Source: a virus | Virus record (IMG/VR): IMGVR_UViG_3300027730_001702 | Location: 2,269-66,268 of that record | Reading direction: 5' to 3' (one strand) | Length of the DNA: 64,000 nucleotides | In this document: one piece after another, positions 17,641 through 27,424 of the stretch | Layout of the letters: every line of letters starts with the position of its first letter | Numbering within the stretch: position 1 is the first letter of the stretch | Translations under genes and position numbers: made by a program | The notes under the pieces: generated by a model | Database searches by the model: none | What the model saw: the letters and a program-made list of their open reading frames with translations, nothing else | Told to the model about the DNA's origin: nothing

Positions 17641-18725
17641 TGGATTTTAGTTTAAATTTACCAATAAACTCGGTATCTTTTGGTCAGGTATCATCATTAC
17701 TCTTAAGAGAGCTATTTCTTAAAAATAAAGTAGTACCAATTAGTCCAATCGGTCAAGTAGATTTATCATCTCAAAACCTTGATAAAGACTACACCGATTG
17801 GCTACAGACCAATTTAAATCTATTTCTTTCTAAGCACTCTAGAAAAAATAAAACTTTTAAACTATGGCATATAAACGGTAGTTTAGAAAGTTTTTCAGAA
17901 AATCAAGTTTTGTTTTCATTTTATGAATTAGACTCTCCAACTGATGTTGAGTTAAATATTGTAAAAAACAATTATAAAGTATTATTTTCATCTAAATATG
18001 CAATTGATACATTTAAAAAATATGGATGTTCTAACGTAGACTATCTGCCATTAGCATTTGATAAGTATAACTTTAAAAGACTAGAGAAAGACTATTTTCC
18101 TGATAGGATTGTATTTAATTTATTAGGTAAATTAGAGAAAAGAAAGCATCATAAAAAGATTATCCAAACTTGGCTTAAGAAATTTGGTAATGATAGAAAC
18201 TATCATCTACAATGTGCAATTTATAATCCATTTATAAAAGCAGAAGATCAGCAAAGTTTAATACATAACTCTATTTTAGAAAATAAAAATTTCTTTAATA
18301 TATCTTTTTTAAATTTTATACAAAAAAATTCAGATTACAATGACCTTTTAAATAGCGCTGATATTGTATTAGGAATGAGTGGCGCAGAAGGATGGGGATT
18401 ACCAGAGTTTCATTCTGTTGCAATTGGAAAACATTCTGTTATATTAAATGCTCACGCTTATAAGGAATGGGCTGATGATTCAAATTCTGTATTAGTAAAT
18501 CCTTCTTCAAAAATTGAAGCATATGACAATATGTTTTTTCATAAAGGGCAAATATTTAATCAAGGAAATATATATGACTTTAATGAAGATGAATTCATCG
18601 CCGCATGTGAAAAAGCTATAGAAAAAGTTAAATCATCTAAATTAAATAAAAATGGTTTAAAATTACAAGAAGATTTCAGCTCTGAAAAATTTGCAGATAA
18701 CGTATTGTCTATTATGGTAAAATAA
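17640..18725 (+). CDS. GT-B glycosyltransferase (GT4-like)
   Basis: GKLEKRK, SGAEGWGLPEF. Confidence 0.8.
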   Translation: MDFSLNLPINSVSFGQVSSLLLRELFLKNKVVPISPIGQVDLSSQNLDKDYTDWLQTNLNLFLSKHSRKNKTFKLWHINGSLESFSENQVLFSFYELDSPTDVELNIVKNNYKVLFSSKYAIDTFKKYGCSNVDYLPLAFDKYNFKRLEKDYFPDRIVFNLLGKLEKRKHHKKIIQTWLKKFGNDRNYHLQCAIYNPFIKAEDQQSLIHNSILENKNFFNISFLNFIQKNSDYNDLLNSADIVLGMSGAEGWGLPEFHSVAIGKHSVILNAHAYKEWADDSNSVLVNPSSKIEAYDNMFFHKGQIFNQGNIYDFNEDEFIAACEKAIEKVKSSKLNKNGLKLQEDFSSEKFADNVLSIMVK

Positions 18726-18726
18726 T

Positions 18727-19077
18727 ATGCCAGAATATTTATATGAACATCCAAAATCTAAAGAGATTATTAGTATAATACAAAGCGTTCACGATGAGCA
18801 TGAATTTTTTGATAAAAAAGGTATTAAATGGAATAGAGTGTTTACTGCTCCAGAATTGAATACTCAAGATAAATTAACGGAACAATCTAGTGAAAATGAT
18901 TTTGCTAGAGTAACTAAAAATCAAAAAGGAAATGTAGGAGATCTTTGGGATAGAAGCTCTGAACTATCGGATAAACGTAAAAAAATTTATGGCGAAGATC
19001 CAGTAAAGAAAAAATATTTTAATGATTGGTCTAAAAAAAGAAAAGGCAAAGTACACCCCAAAAGTCGTTCAGAGTAA
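18727..19077 (+). CDS. FmdB-like protein (Zn-ribbon Cys absent)
   Basis: MPEYLYE N-terminus, RVFTAP. Confidence 0.5.
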   Translation: MPEYLYEHPKSKEIISIIQSVHDEHEFFDKKGIKWNRVFTAPELNTQDKLTEQSSENDFARVTKNQKGNVGDLWDRSSELSDKRKKIYGEDPVKKKYFNDWSKKRKGKVHPKSRSE

Positions 19078-19153
19078 ATTGTTTATAATATTTTAGAATT
19101 TTCTTTCTTTATATTTAAAAAGATGTAATATAGAGTCTCCTCAACTCTATAAA

Positions 19154-21400
19154 ATGAATGTAAAAAAAAGAAATAATACTACTGAAAAATTTGACATAGA
19201 AAAAATTAACAAAGTTATTAATTGGGCTATAGATGGTTATAGTGGGGTAAGTCTAACAGACGTAGAAATTAACGCTAAAATAAATATCACTGATGGCGTT
19301 CATACAAAAGAAATTCACGGTTTATTAATTGAAAGCGCAGCAAATTTAATCTCTATAGAAAAACCAAATTATCAATATGTTGCCGCTAGACTTCTTAATT
19401 ATCAATTAAGAAAAGATGTGTGGAAAGGTAAGCATGCACCAAGGCTTTCTGAATTTATAAATAACGGTTTAAAAAATAAAATATATGATCCTATTATTCT
19501 AGAAAAATATACAGAGGATGAAATAAATAAACTAGGAGAGATTATAGATCACGAAAGAGATTTTATATTTACATATGCTGGGGTAAAACAATTATGTGAT
19601 AAGTATTTAATAAAAAACAGAACCACTCAACAGATTTATGAAACTCCACAATTTGCATATATATTAATTTCTGCCTATGCATTTATTAATTATCCAACTG
19701 AGACTAGGCTATCTTATGTTAGAAAATTTTATGATGCTATTAGCAAGCACAAGATAAATTTACCAACTCCAATTATGGCAGGAGTAAGAACCTCCAGTAA
19801 AAATTATGCAAGTTGTTGTTTGATTGGAGTAGACGATACAAGAGAAAGTATTACTGCTAGTGCTACAGCGGTTAGTATGGCTACAGCAAATAGATGTGGA
19901 ATTGGAATTGATGTTAGTAAAATTAGAGCAATTGGTGCGCCGATTAAAAATGGAGAAGTTGTTCATACTGGTTTAATTCCATTCTTAAAAATTTATGAAA
20001 GTAGCGTAAAAGCTTGGCAACAAAATGGACTAAGAGGTGGAAGTGCAACCTGTAATATCCAATGGTGGCATTACGAAATTGAAGATATCATAGTTTTGAA
20101 AAACAATGCTGGAACAGATGATAATCGTGTTCGTAAACTTGATTATACAGTTGGCATGAGTAAATTATTTTATGATAGGGTTTTAAAAGACGAAGATATC
20201 ATGCTATTTAATACTGCCGAAGTACCAGAGCTTTATGAAGCTTGGGGAACAAAAGATTTTGACAAGATTTATAAAGAGTGTGAATCTAAAAAACTAAAAA
20301 TTAAAAAGAAAATGTCTGCTAGAAAATTATTCTCTTTAATTGTAAAAGAAAGAGTTGAGACTGGAAGAATTTATATTCTAAATGTAGATCATGCTAATAA
20401 TCATGGAGCATGGTCCGATAAGGTCACTATGAGCAATCTTTGCACAGAAGTTATTCATCCTACAATTCCGCTTAATGATTATCATGATAAAAATGCAGAA
20501 ATTGGTATGTGTATTCTTTCAGCAGTTAATATGTTAGAAGTAAAAAACTGGCAAGATTTAGAAAAAGTTTGTGATTTAATCGTAAGATTTCTTGAAGAAA
20601 TTATAGATATTCAAGATTATTTTAACACTGCTGCTGAAAATTTTGCTAAAAAACGTAGAAGCCTTGGAGTTGGAATTACAAATCTTGCTGCTTTTCTTGC
20701 TAAAAATGAATTAAAATATAATTCAGATAAATCTCTTTCAGTAATAGACGAATGGATGGAACATTTTCAATACTATCTTTTAAAAAGTAGTTGCCAGTTA
20801 TCTAAAGAAAAAGGTAGATGTGAAAAGTTTGAAAATACTAAATACTCTAAAGGCATATTACCAATAGATACATATAAGGATAAAATAGATGAATTAGTGA
20901 AAAGAAAACTATCACTTGATTGGGAAAAATTAAGAAAAGATATTAAAGAGTTTGGATTAAGACATTCCACTTTATCTTCTTGTATGCCTTGTGAGAGTAG
21001 TTCGGTTATTCAATCTTCTACAAATGGTGTTGAGCCAATTCGTAGTCTGATTACTTATAAGACAAGTAAGATGGGTAAACTTCCAGTTATGGTTCCAGGA
21101 ATTGGAAAATATGATCATAATTATGAATTAGCTTTTGATTTTAAAGATAATTTAGGCTTACTAAAAGTTAATGCTGTGATTCAAAAATATATTGATATGG
21201 CTATTTCTACTAATGTATACTATAATTATAGTCACTATGATAACCATATATTACCAGATAGCAAAGTTATGAAAGAAATAATGTATGCTTATAGCCTTGG
21301 ATTAATTAGTTTATATTATAATAACACAGATGATGGAGATAAAGAACAATCTATGATACAAAAAGAAGATGACTGTTCTAGCGGAGCTTGTAAGCTATAA
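19154..21400 (+). CDS. nrdA: ribonucleotide reductase class Ia alpha subunit
   Basis: ATP cone (VKKRN), TPIMAG, SCC, SNLCTE, MPCESSS, C-terminal CSSGACKL. Confidence 0.97.
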   Translation: MNVKKRNNTTEKFDIEKINKVINWAIDGYSGVSLTDVEINAKINITDGVHTKEIHGLLIESAANLISIEKPNYQYVAARLLNYQLRKDVWKGKHAPRLSEFINNGLKNKIYDPIILEKYTEDEINKLGEIIDHERDFIFTYAGVKQLCDKYLIKNRTTQQIYETPQFAYILISAYAFINYPTETRLSYVRKFYDAISKHKINLPTPIMAGVRTSSKNYASCCLIGVDDTRESITASATAVSMATANRCGIGIDVSKIRAIGAPIKNGEVVHTGLIPFLKIYESSVKAWQQNGLRGGSATCNIQWWHYEIEDIIVLKNNAGTDDNRVRKLDYTVGMSKLFYDRVLKDEDIMLFNTAEVPELYEAWGTKDFDKIYKECESKKLKIKKKMSARKLFSLIVKERVETGRIYILNVDHANNHGAWSDKVTMSNLCTEVIHPTIPLNDYHDKNAEIGMCILSAVNMLEVKNWQDLEKVCDLIVRFLEEIIDIQDYFNTAAENFAKKRRSLGVGITNLAAFLAKNELKYNSDKSLSVIDEWMEHFQYYLLKSSCQLSKEKGRCEKFENTKYSKGILPIDTYKDKIDELVKRKLSLDWEKLRKDIKEFGLRHSTLSSCMPCESSSVIQSSTNGVEPIRSLITYKTSKMGKLPVMVPGIGKYDHNYELAFDFKDNLGLLKVNAVIQKYIDMAISTNVYYNYSHYDNHILPDSKVMKEIMYAYSLGLISLYYNNTDDGDKEQSMIQKEDDCSSGACKL

Positions 21401-22070
21401 AATTGATTTTATTATTATTGTAAAGTATAATTATATAATGAAGTATTACGCTCAAATTGGACAAGATAAACTTGTAGATTTTATGTTTAAAAATAAAGAA
21501 AATGGATTCTTTATAGACATTGGCGCGCAGGATCCAGAAGATCTAAATAATACTTCTTTTTTTGAAAAATATAGAAATTGGAATGGAGTAGCAATTGAAA
21601 AAGCTTCTATGTGGAACGATAAATGGGCTAGTTCTTCTAGAAAAAAAACTTTATATATTAATAACGATGCAAGGTCTATAGATTATAAAAGCATATTAAG
21701 AGATAATAGTTTAGATGTCGTAGATTATATATCTTTAGATTTAGAGCCGCCACAAGTTACTTTTGATGTATTAAAAAATATAATAACACAAAATATAAAA
21801 TTTAAAGTTATGACTTTCGAGGTAGATGCTTATAGATCTGAAGATATTAAAAATAGATCAAGAGATCTTCTTAGTTCTAATGGTTATGAATTAAAATATG
21901 AATTATATTTTACTGATAACACTCTTAAAAATGCTCATGTAGATGATGTTTGGATTAATAAAGATTATATTAAAGACTTCAATTTTTTGAATATTAGTTG
22001 TAATAAACTAGAATTTAACTTTATTTTAAATGAATTTACAAATATAGATGAAAACAGTTTTAAACTTTAA
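21369..22070 (+). CDS. FkbM-family methyltransferase (probable start 21438)
   Basis: YAQIGQD, FIDIGA, YISLDLE. Confidence 0.8.
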   Translation: MTVLAELVSYKIDFIIIVKYNYIMKYYAQIGQDKLVDFMFKNKENGFFIDIGAQDPEDLNNTSFFEKYRNWNGVAIEKASMWNDKWASSSRKKTLYINNDARSIDYKSILRDNSLDVVDYISLDLEPPQVTFDVLKNIITQNIKFKVMTFEVDAYRSEDIKNRSRDLLSSNGYELKYELYFTDNTLKNAHVDDVWINKDYIKDFNFLNISCNKLEFNFILNEFTNIDENSFKL

Positions 22071-23112
22071 AAACATAGATACTACGAAGCAGCCATTGTT
22101 TCTTGGTGAAGATTTGAATCTTCAGAGATATGATAGGTTTAAGTATCCGATATTTTTTGAATTATTTAAAAAGCAAAATGAAAATTTTTGGTGGCCACAT
22201 GAAATAGCTTTAGGCAAAGATCGAAGTGATTATAAAAATTTAACAGATACAGAAAGATTTGTGTTTGATAGTAATTTACGATTCCAAACTCTTGGAGACA
22301 GTATGTTATCTAGAAGTATACATTCCCTTAAAGATTATGTTTCTAATCCAGAACTAGAAATATGTATGAACACTTGGGCTCAATTCGAAGGCATTCATTC
22401 TTATTCCTATTCTTATCTTTTGAATAATGTTTATCCCGACCCTACAAAATTTTTTGATAGTATCATGGAAGATAAGGAAATAACAAGTCGCGCTCAATTA
22501 ATTAGGGACAATTTTGATAAAATTCTTGGTAGCGATGAAAAGAAAGATCCTAAACAAAAGATTTTTGATGCTATTCTTTCTATTAATGTAATGGAAGGGC
22601 TTGTGTTTTATGTTTCTTTTGCTTGTTCCTTTTATTTTGGATATAGAGGAAAGATGGAAGGTAACTCTAAGATTATTAAGTTTATTCAAAGGGATGAGGC
22701 TCTTCATTTTGCAGTGTCTCAAAACCTAATGAAAATATTAAGGGACGAAGATAAAGAAGGTTTTACATCCCTTGTAAAGAAAAATGAAGATAAGATATAT
22801 GCTTTTTATGAACAAGCTGCAAAGAATGAAAGTGAATGGTCTCAGTATCTCTTTAGTAAAGGTAGTTTACTTGGATTAAATGCTGACGTTTTAGATGGCT
22901 ACTCTAAGTGGCTTTGTGATAGCAGACTAAGAAGCTTGGGTTACAAGAAGATATTTAATCAAAAAGATAACCCTATTGCTGGGTGGCATGATAGCTATTT
23001 AGACAGTAGTAAAGTACAAGTTGCACCACAAGAAACAGAGATATCCAGTTATAAAGTCGGCGCAAGAAAAACTGACATCGAAGACAAGGATTTTTCTGAT
23101 TTAAAACTGTAA
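22048..23112 (+). CDS. nrdB: ribonucleotide reductase class I beta subunit
   Basis: FWWPHE, EGIHSYSY, EGLVFYVSF, RDEALH, APQETEISSY. Confidence 0.97.
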   Translation: MKTVLNFKNIDTTKQPLFLGEDLNLQRYDRFKYPIFFELFKKQNENFWWPHEIALGKDRSDYKNLTDTERFVFDSNLRFQTLGDSMLSRSIHSLKDYVSNPELEICMNTWAQFEGIHSYSYSYLLNNVYPDPTKFFDSIMEDKEITSRAQLIRDNFDKILGSDEKKDPKQKIFDAILSINVMEGLVFYVSFACSFYFGYRGKMEGNSKIIKFIQRDEALHFAVSQNLMKILRDEDKEGFTSLVKKNEDKIYAFYEQAAKNESEWSQYLFSKGSLLGLNADVLDGYSKWLCDSRLRSLGYKKIFNQKDNPIAGWHDSYLDSSKVQVAPQETEISSYKVGARKTDIEDKDFSDLKL

Positions 23113-23191
23113 TACATTTTAATTACTCAAGAAACAACGACACTACCCACTTTAATAGAATAATACCATACATTAATGTGTAATTATCTAT

Positions 23192-23521
23192 GTGAATTTA
23201 GATATTTCATTACTATTTAATTTAGTTTTAGGAGCACTTTCTTTCTTAGGAGGATGGCTATTTACTAGAGTATTCTCTCTTTTCGATAAACAAGAGAATC
23301 TCATGAAAGAAATCAATGATAAAACATTTAGTGATTTTATAACATTAAGAAGAGAATTAGAAGTCGAATCTAGAAAACATCAACAAGAATTAGCTGATCT
23401 AGCACTTAAGGTAAGCGTAACATACATGACTAAAGAATCTTTTGAAACATACTTTAATAGAATAGAAGACAAATTAGATCGAAATTTTGAAATAATACAA
23501 GAATATTTATCAAAAAAATAA
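23192..23521 (+). CDS. single-TM coiled-coil protein (holin-like candidate)
   Basis: N-terminal TM, ends RIEDKLD; GTG start 8 nt after GTGTAA. Confidence 0.5.
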   Translation: MNLDISLLFNLVLGALSFLGGWLFTRVFSLFDKQENLMKEINDKTFSDFITLRRELEVESRKHQQELADLALKVSVTYMTKESFETYFNRIEDKLDRNFEIIQEYLSKK

Positions 23522-23556
23522 CCTTTACTTTACTTTAGGATATTGGTATAATTTGA

Positions 23557-24555
23557 TTGATGGTAAATCATGTAGATATTATATTTGGATTAGCTTGGGG
23601 CGATGAGGGCAAAGGCAAAATTAGCAATGCAATTAGCAAAAATTATGATATAGTTTGCCGTTGGAATGGTGGTCCAAATGCTGGACATACAGTATACTTA
23701 GGAGACAAAAAATATAAAACACATCTTATTCCTTGTGGAATTTTTCAAAACAAACTTAGCGTTATTGGCCCAAATTGCGTTATTAATATTGATAAATTTT
23801 ACGATGAAATAGATTATCTTAAAAAAGAAGGATTTGACACATCGTTAATTAAAGTAGGTCCAAAAGCTCATGTTATAACAGAAAAACATATTCAATATGA
23901 TCTTAAATTTTTAAAACCCAAACTTGGCACAACTGGTCAAGGTATTGCTCCATGCTATGCAGACAAAGCTTTAAGAGTTGGTAAACTTGCGAAGGATTAT
24001 CTAGATAAAGAATACCTTTGGGACGGAGAACTATATGGCAATATTCTTTGTGAAGGTGCACAGAGCTTTTGGTTGGATTTAAATTATGGAGATTATCCGT
24101 ATGTTACGAGTAGCGAAACGCTTCCATATTCTGCTTGTTCTTTGGGATTTAGTCCAAAGCTTATCAGAGATATTATTGGAGTAGCAAAAATTTACGATAC
24201 CAAAAGTGGAGTAGATCCATTATTTCCAGAAACTCTTTGGGAAGATAATGAATTAAATAGTTTGATAGAGCTAGGAAAAGAGTATGGCACGACCACTAAC
24301 AGAAAAAGATTAGCTAATTGGTTAAATTTTTATAAATTGCAAAAAGCAATTAAAATATCTGGCACAACCAAGCTTATTATAAATAAATGTGATATTTTAG
24401 ATCAACTCAATATTTTTAAATTAAGATTTGACAACTTAAGGGACGGACCTAATTTCATTAAATTCAATAATTTTGATAATATGAAAGAGTATATAAAAAA
24501 CCAACTTAAAGATTATTGTGATGTAATTTTTTCTGGTAATAAAGAGTATATATAA
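23557..24555 (+). CDS. purA: adenylosuccinate synthetase (short form), copy 2
   Basis: WGDEGKG, GGPNAGHT, EGAQ, GTTTNRKR, NKCD; colinear with copy 1. Confidence 0.95.
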   Translation: MMVNHVDIIFGLAWGDEGKGKISNAISKNYDIVCRWNGGPNAGHTVYLGDKKYKTHLIPCGIFQNKLSVIGPNCVINIDKFYDEIDYLKKEGFDTSLIKVGPKAHVITEKHIQYDLKFLKPKLGTTGQGIAPCYADKALRVGKLAKDYLDKEYLWDGELYGNILCEGAQSFWLDLNYGDYPYVTSSETLPYSACSLGFSPKLIRDIIGVAKIYDTKSGVDPLFPETLWEDNELNSLIELGKEYGTTTNRKRLANWLNFYKLQKAIKISGTTKLIINKCDILDQLNIFKLRFDNLRDGPNFIKFNNFDNMKEYIKNQLKDYCDVIFSGNKEYI

Positions 24556-24560
24556 AATAA

Positions 24561-24830
24561 ATGAATTTTTTAAATTTTAAAAATTTAATTTTTTGGGGAG
24601 GTTTTGTAAGAGATTATCTAATTCGTGGAGAATCATTTAATGATATAGACATAGACCCATCTCAGTGCGAAGTTAATCTAATAGATTATCTAGATAATAA
24701 TTATTCTGAATTTAAAACTACTTGTAATTTTTTTCCTACATATATAATTAATAATTATAAGATTCAAATAGTGCATCTGAATGGGAAAGAAGGATTCAAG
24801 CCAATACATTCTCATAATTTGTTTCATTGA
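24561..24830 (+). pseudogene. truncated pol-beta-type nucleotidyltransferase (CCA/poly(A) polymerase head-like)
   Basis: GGFVRDYL...FNDIDI; only 89 aa; 3' end overlaps a convergent gene by 141 nt. Confidence 0.55.
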
Positions 24831-25064
24831 AAATCCTAGAGGCCTTGGTGTTGTTGGTCCGACATTGTTTCCTTCAGCTATGCAAAATGGAAAACCTCCA
24901 ATTTTATTATTTTCATCAACTATCAAACACCCCTCGTCATCGACTAGGCTTTTAAGATCGCAAGCGCAATCTTTTAATTCATCGTCGCTTCCAACATCTA
25001 TCTCTTTAAGAATTTTCTTAAGATAGTCTGGATAATTATCAGGTTCTGTTAGTGCACATGGCAT
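24690..25064 (-). CDS. MPCALTE-family protein copy A (C-terminus probably lost)
   Basis: N-terminus shared with 47152..47982; runs into the antisense of the NTase gene just after the MxxYW motif. Confidence 0.7.
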   Translation of the reverse strand: MPCALTEPDNYPDYLKKILKEIDVGSDDELKDCACDLKSLVDDEGCLIVDENNKIGGFPFCIAEGNNVGPTTPRPLGFSMKQIMRMYWLESFFPIQMHYLNLIIINYICRKKITSSFKFRIIII

Positions 25065-25106
25065 ATATTAGAGATTTACACTTAATATAATATAATATAA
25101 TATAAT

Positions 25107-25358
25107 ATGAACAAAGAGAACATAGATAAACTAACTTCAATTGAATATGCTAGAGCTACAGAATTTAGTCCAATTGTAAGAATATATCCAAAGATACCAA
25201 GAAATACAGTCTGCCCTTCTACTGGCAAAAAGTTCAAAAATTGTTGTGGTAAGTTAAATCAAGACTTTTGTGAAAAAGCCAAAGACTCCTTAAAAGAGCA
25301 TCTTATGAAAATGGTAAATGAAAAAGAAAATCAAAATAAAGAAACCGAAACCAGCTAA
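25107..25358 (+). CDS. SEC-C-like motif protein, paralog of 13288..13530
   Basis: KIPRNTVCPSTGKKFKNCCG; YARAT.FSP shared with the paralog. Confidence 0.7.
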   Translation: MNKENIDKLTSIEYARATEFSPIVRIYPKIPRNTVCPSTGKKFKNCCGKLNQDFCEKAKDSLKEHLMKMVNEKENQNKETETS

Positions 25359-25497
25359 ATATTACGCTGTTTACAGTAAAAGCGATAACTTTCTTCACGG
25401 AGTTTTCCCTCCATCTAAAGAAGGATTACTTAAAGCTAAGGCTCATATATTAAAAATAGATCCATCAAATAAAAATTACAAAATTAAAAAATATTAA
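25318..25497 (+). CDS. small basic protein (59 aa), paralog of 6567..6722
   Basis: Hand-translated ...KYYAVYSKSDNFLHGVFPPSKEG... Confidence 0.7.
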   Translation: MKKKIKIKKPKPAKYYAVYSKSDNFLHGVFPPSKEGLLKAKAHILKIDPSNKNYKIKKY

Positions 25498-26480
25498 TTA
25501 TTAATACTTGGATCTGCTAAAGTGGGGTCGTGTTTAACTTTTGTTCCTCGTTTAAAGTTTTTATGTAGATTTTCGTATAGCACTTTGAAGGTATTTAATG
25601 ACTTTTCTATAAGATCTTTAATCTTTCCTTCTGGTATTGGCACATCTTGATTTTCTATTTTTTTAATCATTGAATTATAGGCTATTACTAAACATACTGC
25701 TAGTGGATCAAAAACAATAACAATTAATATAATAAATATTCTAACTGCATTTTCTATTTTTAATCCAAAAGCTTCTGCTACAAATTTAAATGTTCCAATT
25801 TCTCCTTTGCTATTATCACTTTCAAGTTTCATTATTTCTTGGCTATTATCTAGACTTTGTTTTTCTAAATTTTGAAGATCAGAAGTTACTGTAGATATTT
25901 GAGAGAATAAATTATTAATGTTGCTTTGAGATCCTTCGACTATTTTATTTTTGCTTTCTACTAATTTAATATCTGTTACTTTTTCAGTTTTAGCTGAACT
26001 AAAGAATCCTCCATCTATAGTTTTAGTTGTAGTAACATCTTGTTTGACAGCATTATCTAAAGATGTTTGATATGTCTTTTGTAATTCTATGAGATCTTTT
26101 AATTTATTTTTATTGAAATCTATTTGAGAGAGGTAGAAGTTTTGCTGAGATTTTAAGCTTTGAATTTTGTTTAAGTTTAAAGAGTACTGTGAAAAATTGC
26201 GTTGAAAAGCGTCAGAAAGAAAACCAAATATGCCTAAACTAGTAATACCCATCAATAGAATTATAGCACAAAGCATATAATTTTTAAGAATTTTGTTGAT
26301 ATCTTTCCAGTAACGATAAAGATAACTAGCTGTAACTAATTTAGCTATCTCTAAACTACCAGACATAATTGCTACGCTATAAAAGCTAGCAGCAAATAAT
26401 AAAGCTATTCCTTTGACTGAAAAAAATGCAGCACAAGAAGCTAATAGTAAAGCTGATAACCCAAGTATATATTTAAACAT
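25494..26480 (-). CDS. multi-TM coiled-coil membrane protein
   Basis: Three N-terminal TMs (LEIAK, GIFGFLS), coiled coil, C-terminal TM VFDPLAV. Confidence 0.75.
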   Translation of the reverse strand: MFKYILGLSALLLASCAAFFSVKGIALLFAASFYSVAIMSGSLEIAKLVTASYLYRYWKDINKILKNYMLCAIILLMGITSLGIFGFLSDAFQRNFSQYSLNLNKIQSLKSQQNFYLSQIDFNKNKLKDLIELQKTYQTSLDNAVKQDVTTTKTIDGGFFSSAKTEKVTDIKLVESKNKIVEGSQSNINNLFSQISTVTSDLQNLEKQSLDNSQEIMKLESDNSKGEIGTFKFVAEAFGLKIENAVRIFIILIVIVFDPLAVCLVIAYNSMIKKIENQDVPIPEGKIKDLIEKSLNTFKVLYENLHKNFKRGTKVKHDPTLADPSINN

Positions 26481-26522
26481 AATAATTAATCTAAATTACA
26501 CATTTTAAATGTAATTATATGA

Positions 26523-27038
26523 GTGATAGTATCAGAAAGAGATATAGACTTTTTTGCTAAAAAACTAGGACTATCTTTAGAAAAAACTTTTTTATTGATT
26601 CAAGATCCAGATTGTTTACCAGAAATATTAAATAAAATATCAGAAACAAATATAAATGGAATAGTAGATATAAGCTTTCCAGTATTTGCAGAAATAACAA
26701 TTATTAAATATGCAAAAGATTTAAAATATTCTTTTGAAGAAAAAGAGTATGTTTCAGAGAGTATTGGTAATAAATTTTATGATTTAATAGAGTATCCAGT
26801 AACAGATAAATCATTCTTTGAACTCAAAAAAGATGAAGATACAGCTAGATCATTATTAGTTTTCTTAGGATTCTTTTATAAAAGTTTAAATAAAAGAAGA
26901 AGAGCTTATCCTTCAGAGAAAATCTATTACAATATAGCTAAAGATGGATTTAAAAATTCAGACAAAATACAAGTATCAGAACATCTACAAGATTGGATTA
27001 AAGTATTAAGAGTTATACATAATGAAGTCTGGTTTTAA
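26523..27038 (+). CDS. hypothetical protein
   Basis: ORF track; GTG start 8 nt after ATGTAA. Confidence 0.65.
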   Translation: MIVSERDIDFFAKKLGLSLEKTFLLIQDPDCLPEILNKISETNINGIVDISFPVFAEITIIKYAKDLKYSFEEKEYVSESIGNKFYDLIEYPVTDKSFFELKKDEDTARSLLVFLGFFYKSLNKRRRAYPSEKIYYNIAKDGFKNSDKIQVSEHLQDWIKVLRVIHNEVWF

Positions 27039-27039
27039 T

Positions 27040-27368
27040 ATATCTCTCTGAATTATTTAACTTTTCTTTAATATCCAAAAGGGCTTTACCTCTAGATAAG
27101 ATATATCTGAGGTTAAGTATTATCAATCCAACTTTTCTTTTAACTCCAATTTTTGCTTCGATCTCAGAAGCAAACGGGCCATCGCACTTATGGATCAGAG
27201 GTAGCTTCGATCACTACATTCTGCGATGCCTTTAGCTACATTCCCTTCTTTAGCCATATTATGTACAAATGAAGGTTTTAATAGTTGTCAGCCCTTATGA
27301 CATTGCTATCTCAGGGATTGATAGTTGATTTTTTGACATCAACAAACTGTCCTATTTGGGAACTATGT
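27040..27368 (-). ncRNA. candidate structured non-coding RNA with several pseudoknots
   Basis: No long ORF; GC-richer than flanks; many stems found by eye; sigma70-type promoter directly upstream. Confidence 0.55.
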
Positions 27369-27374
27369 TGACTT

Positions 27375-27403
27375 ATAATATATTAAACTTGATCTTTTGT
27401 CAA
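27375..27403 (-). promoter_or_regulatory. sigma70-type promoter for the candidate ncRNA
   Basis: Minus strand TTGACA-N17-TATTAT. Confidence 0.65.
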
Positions 27404-27424
27404 ATTTTATTTATTATAATACAA

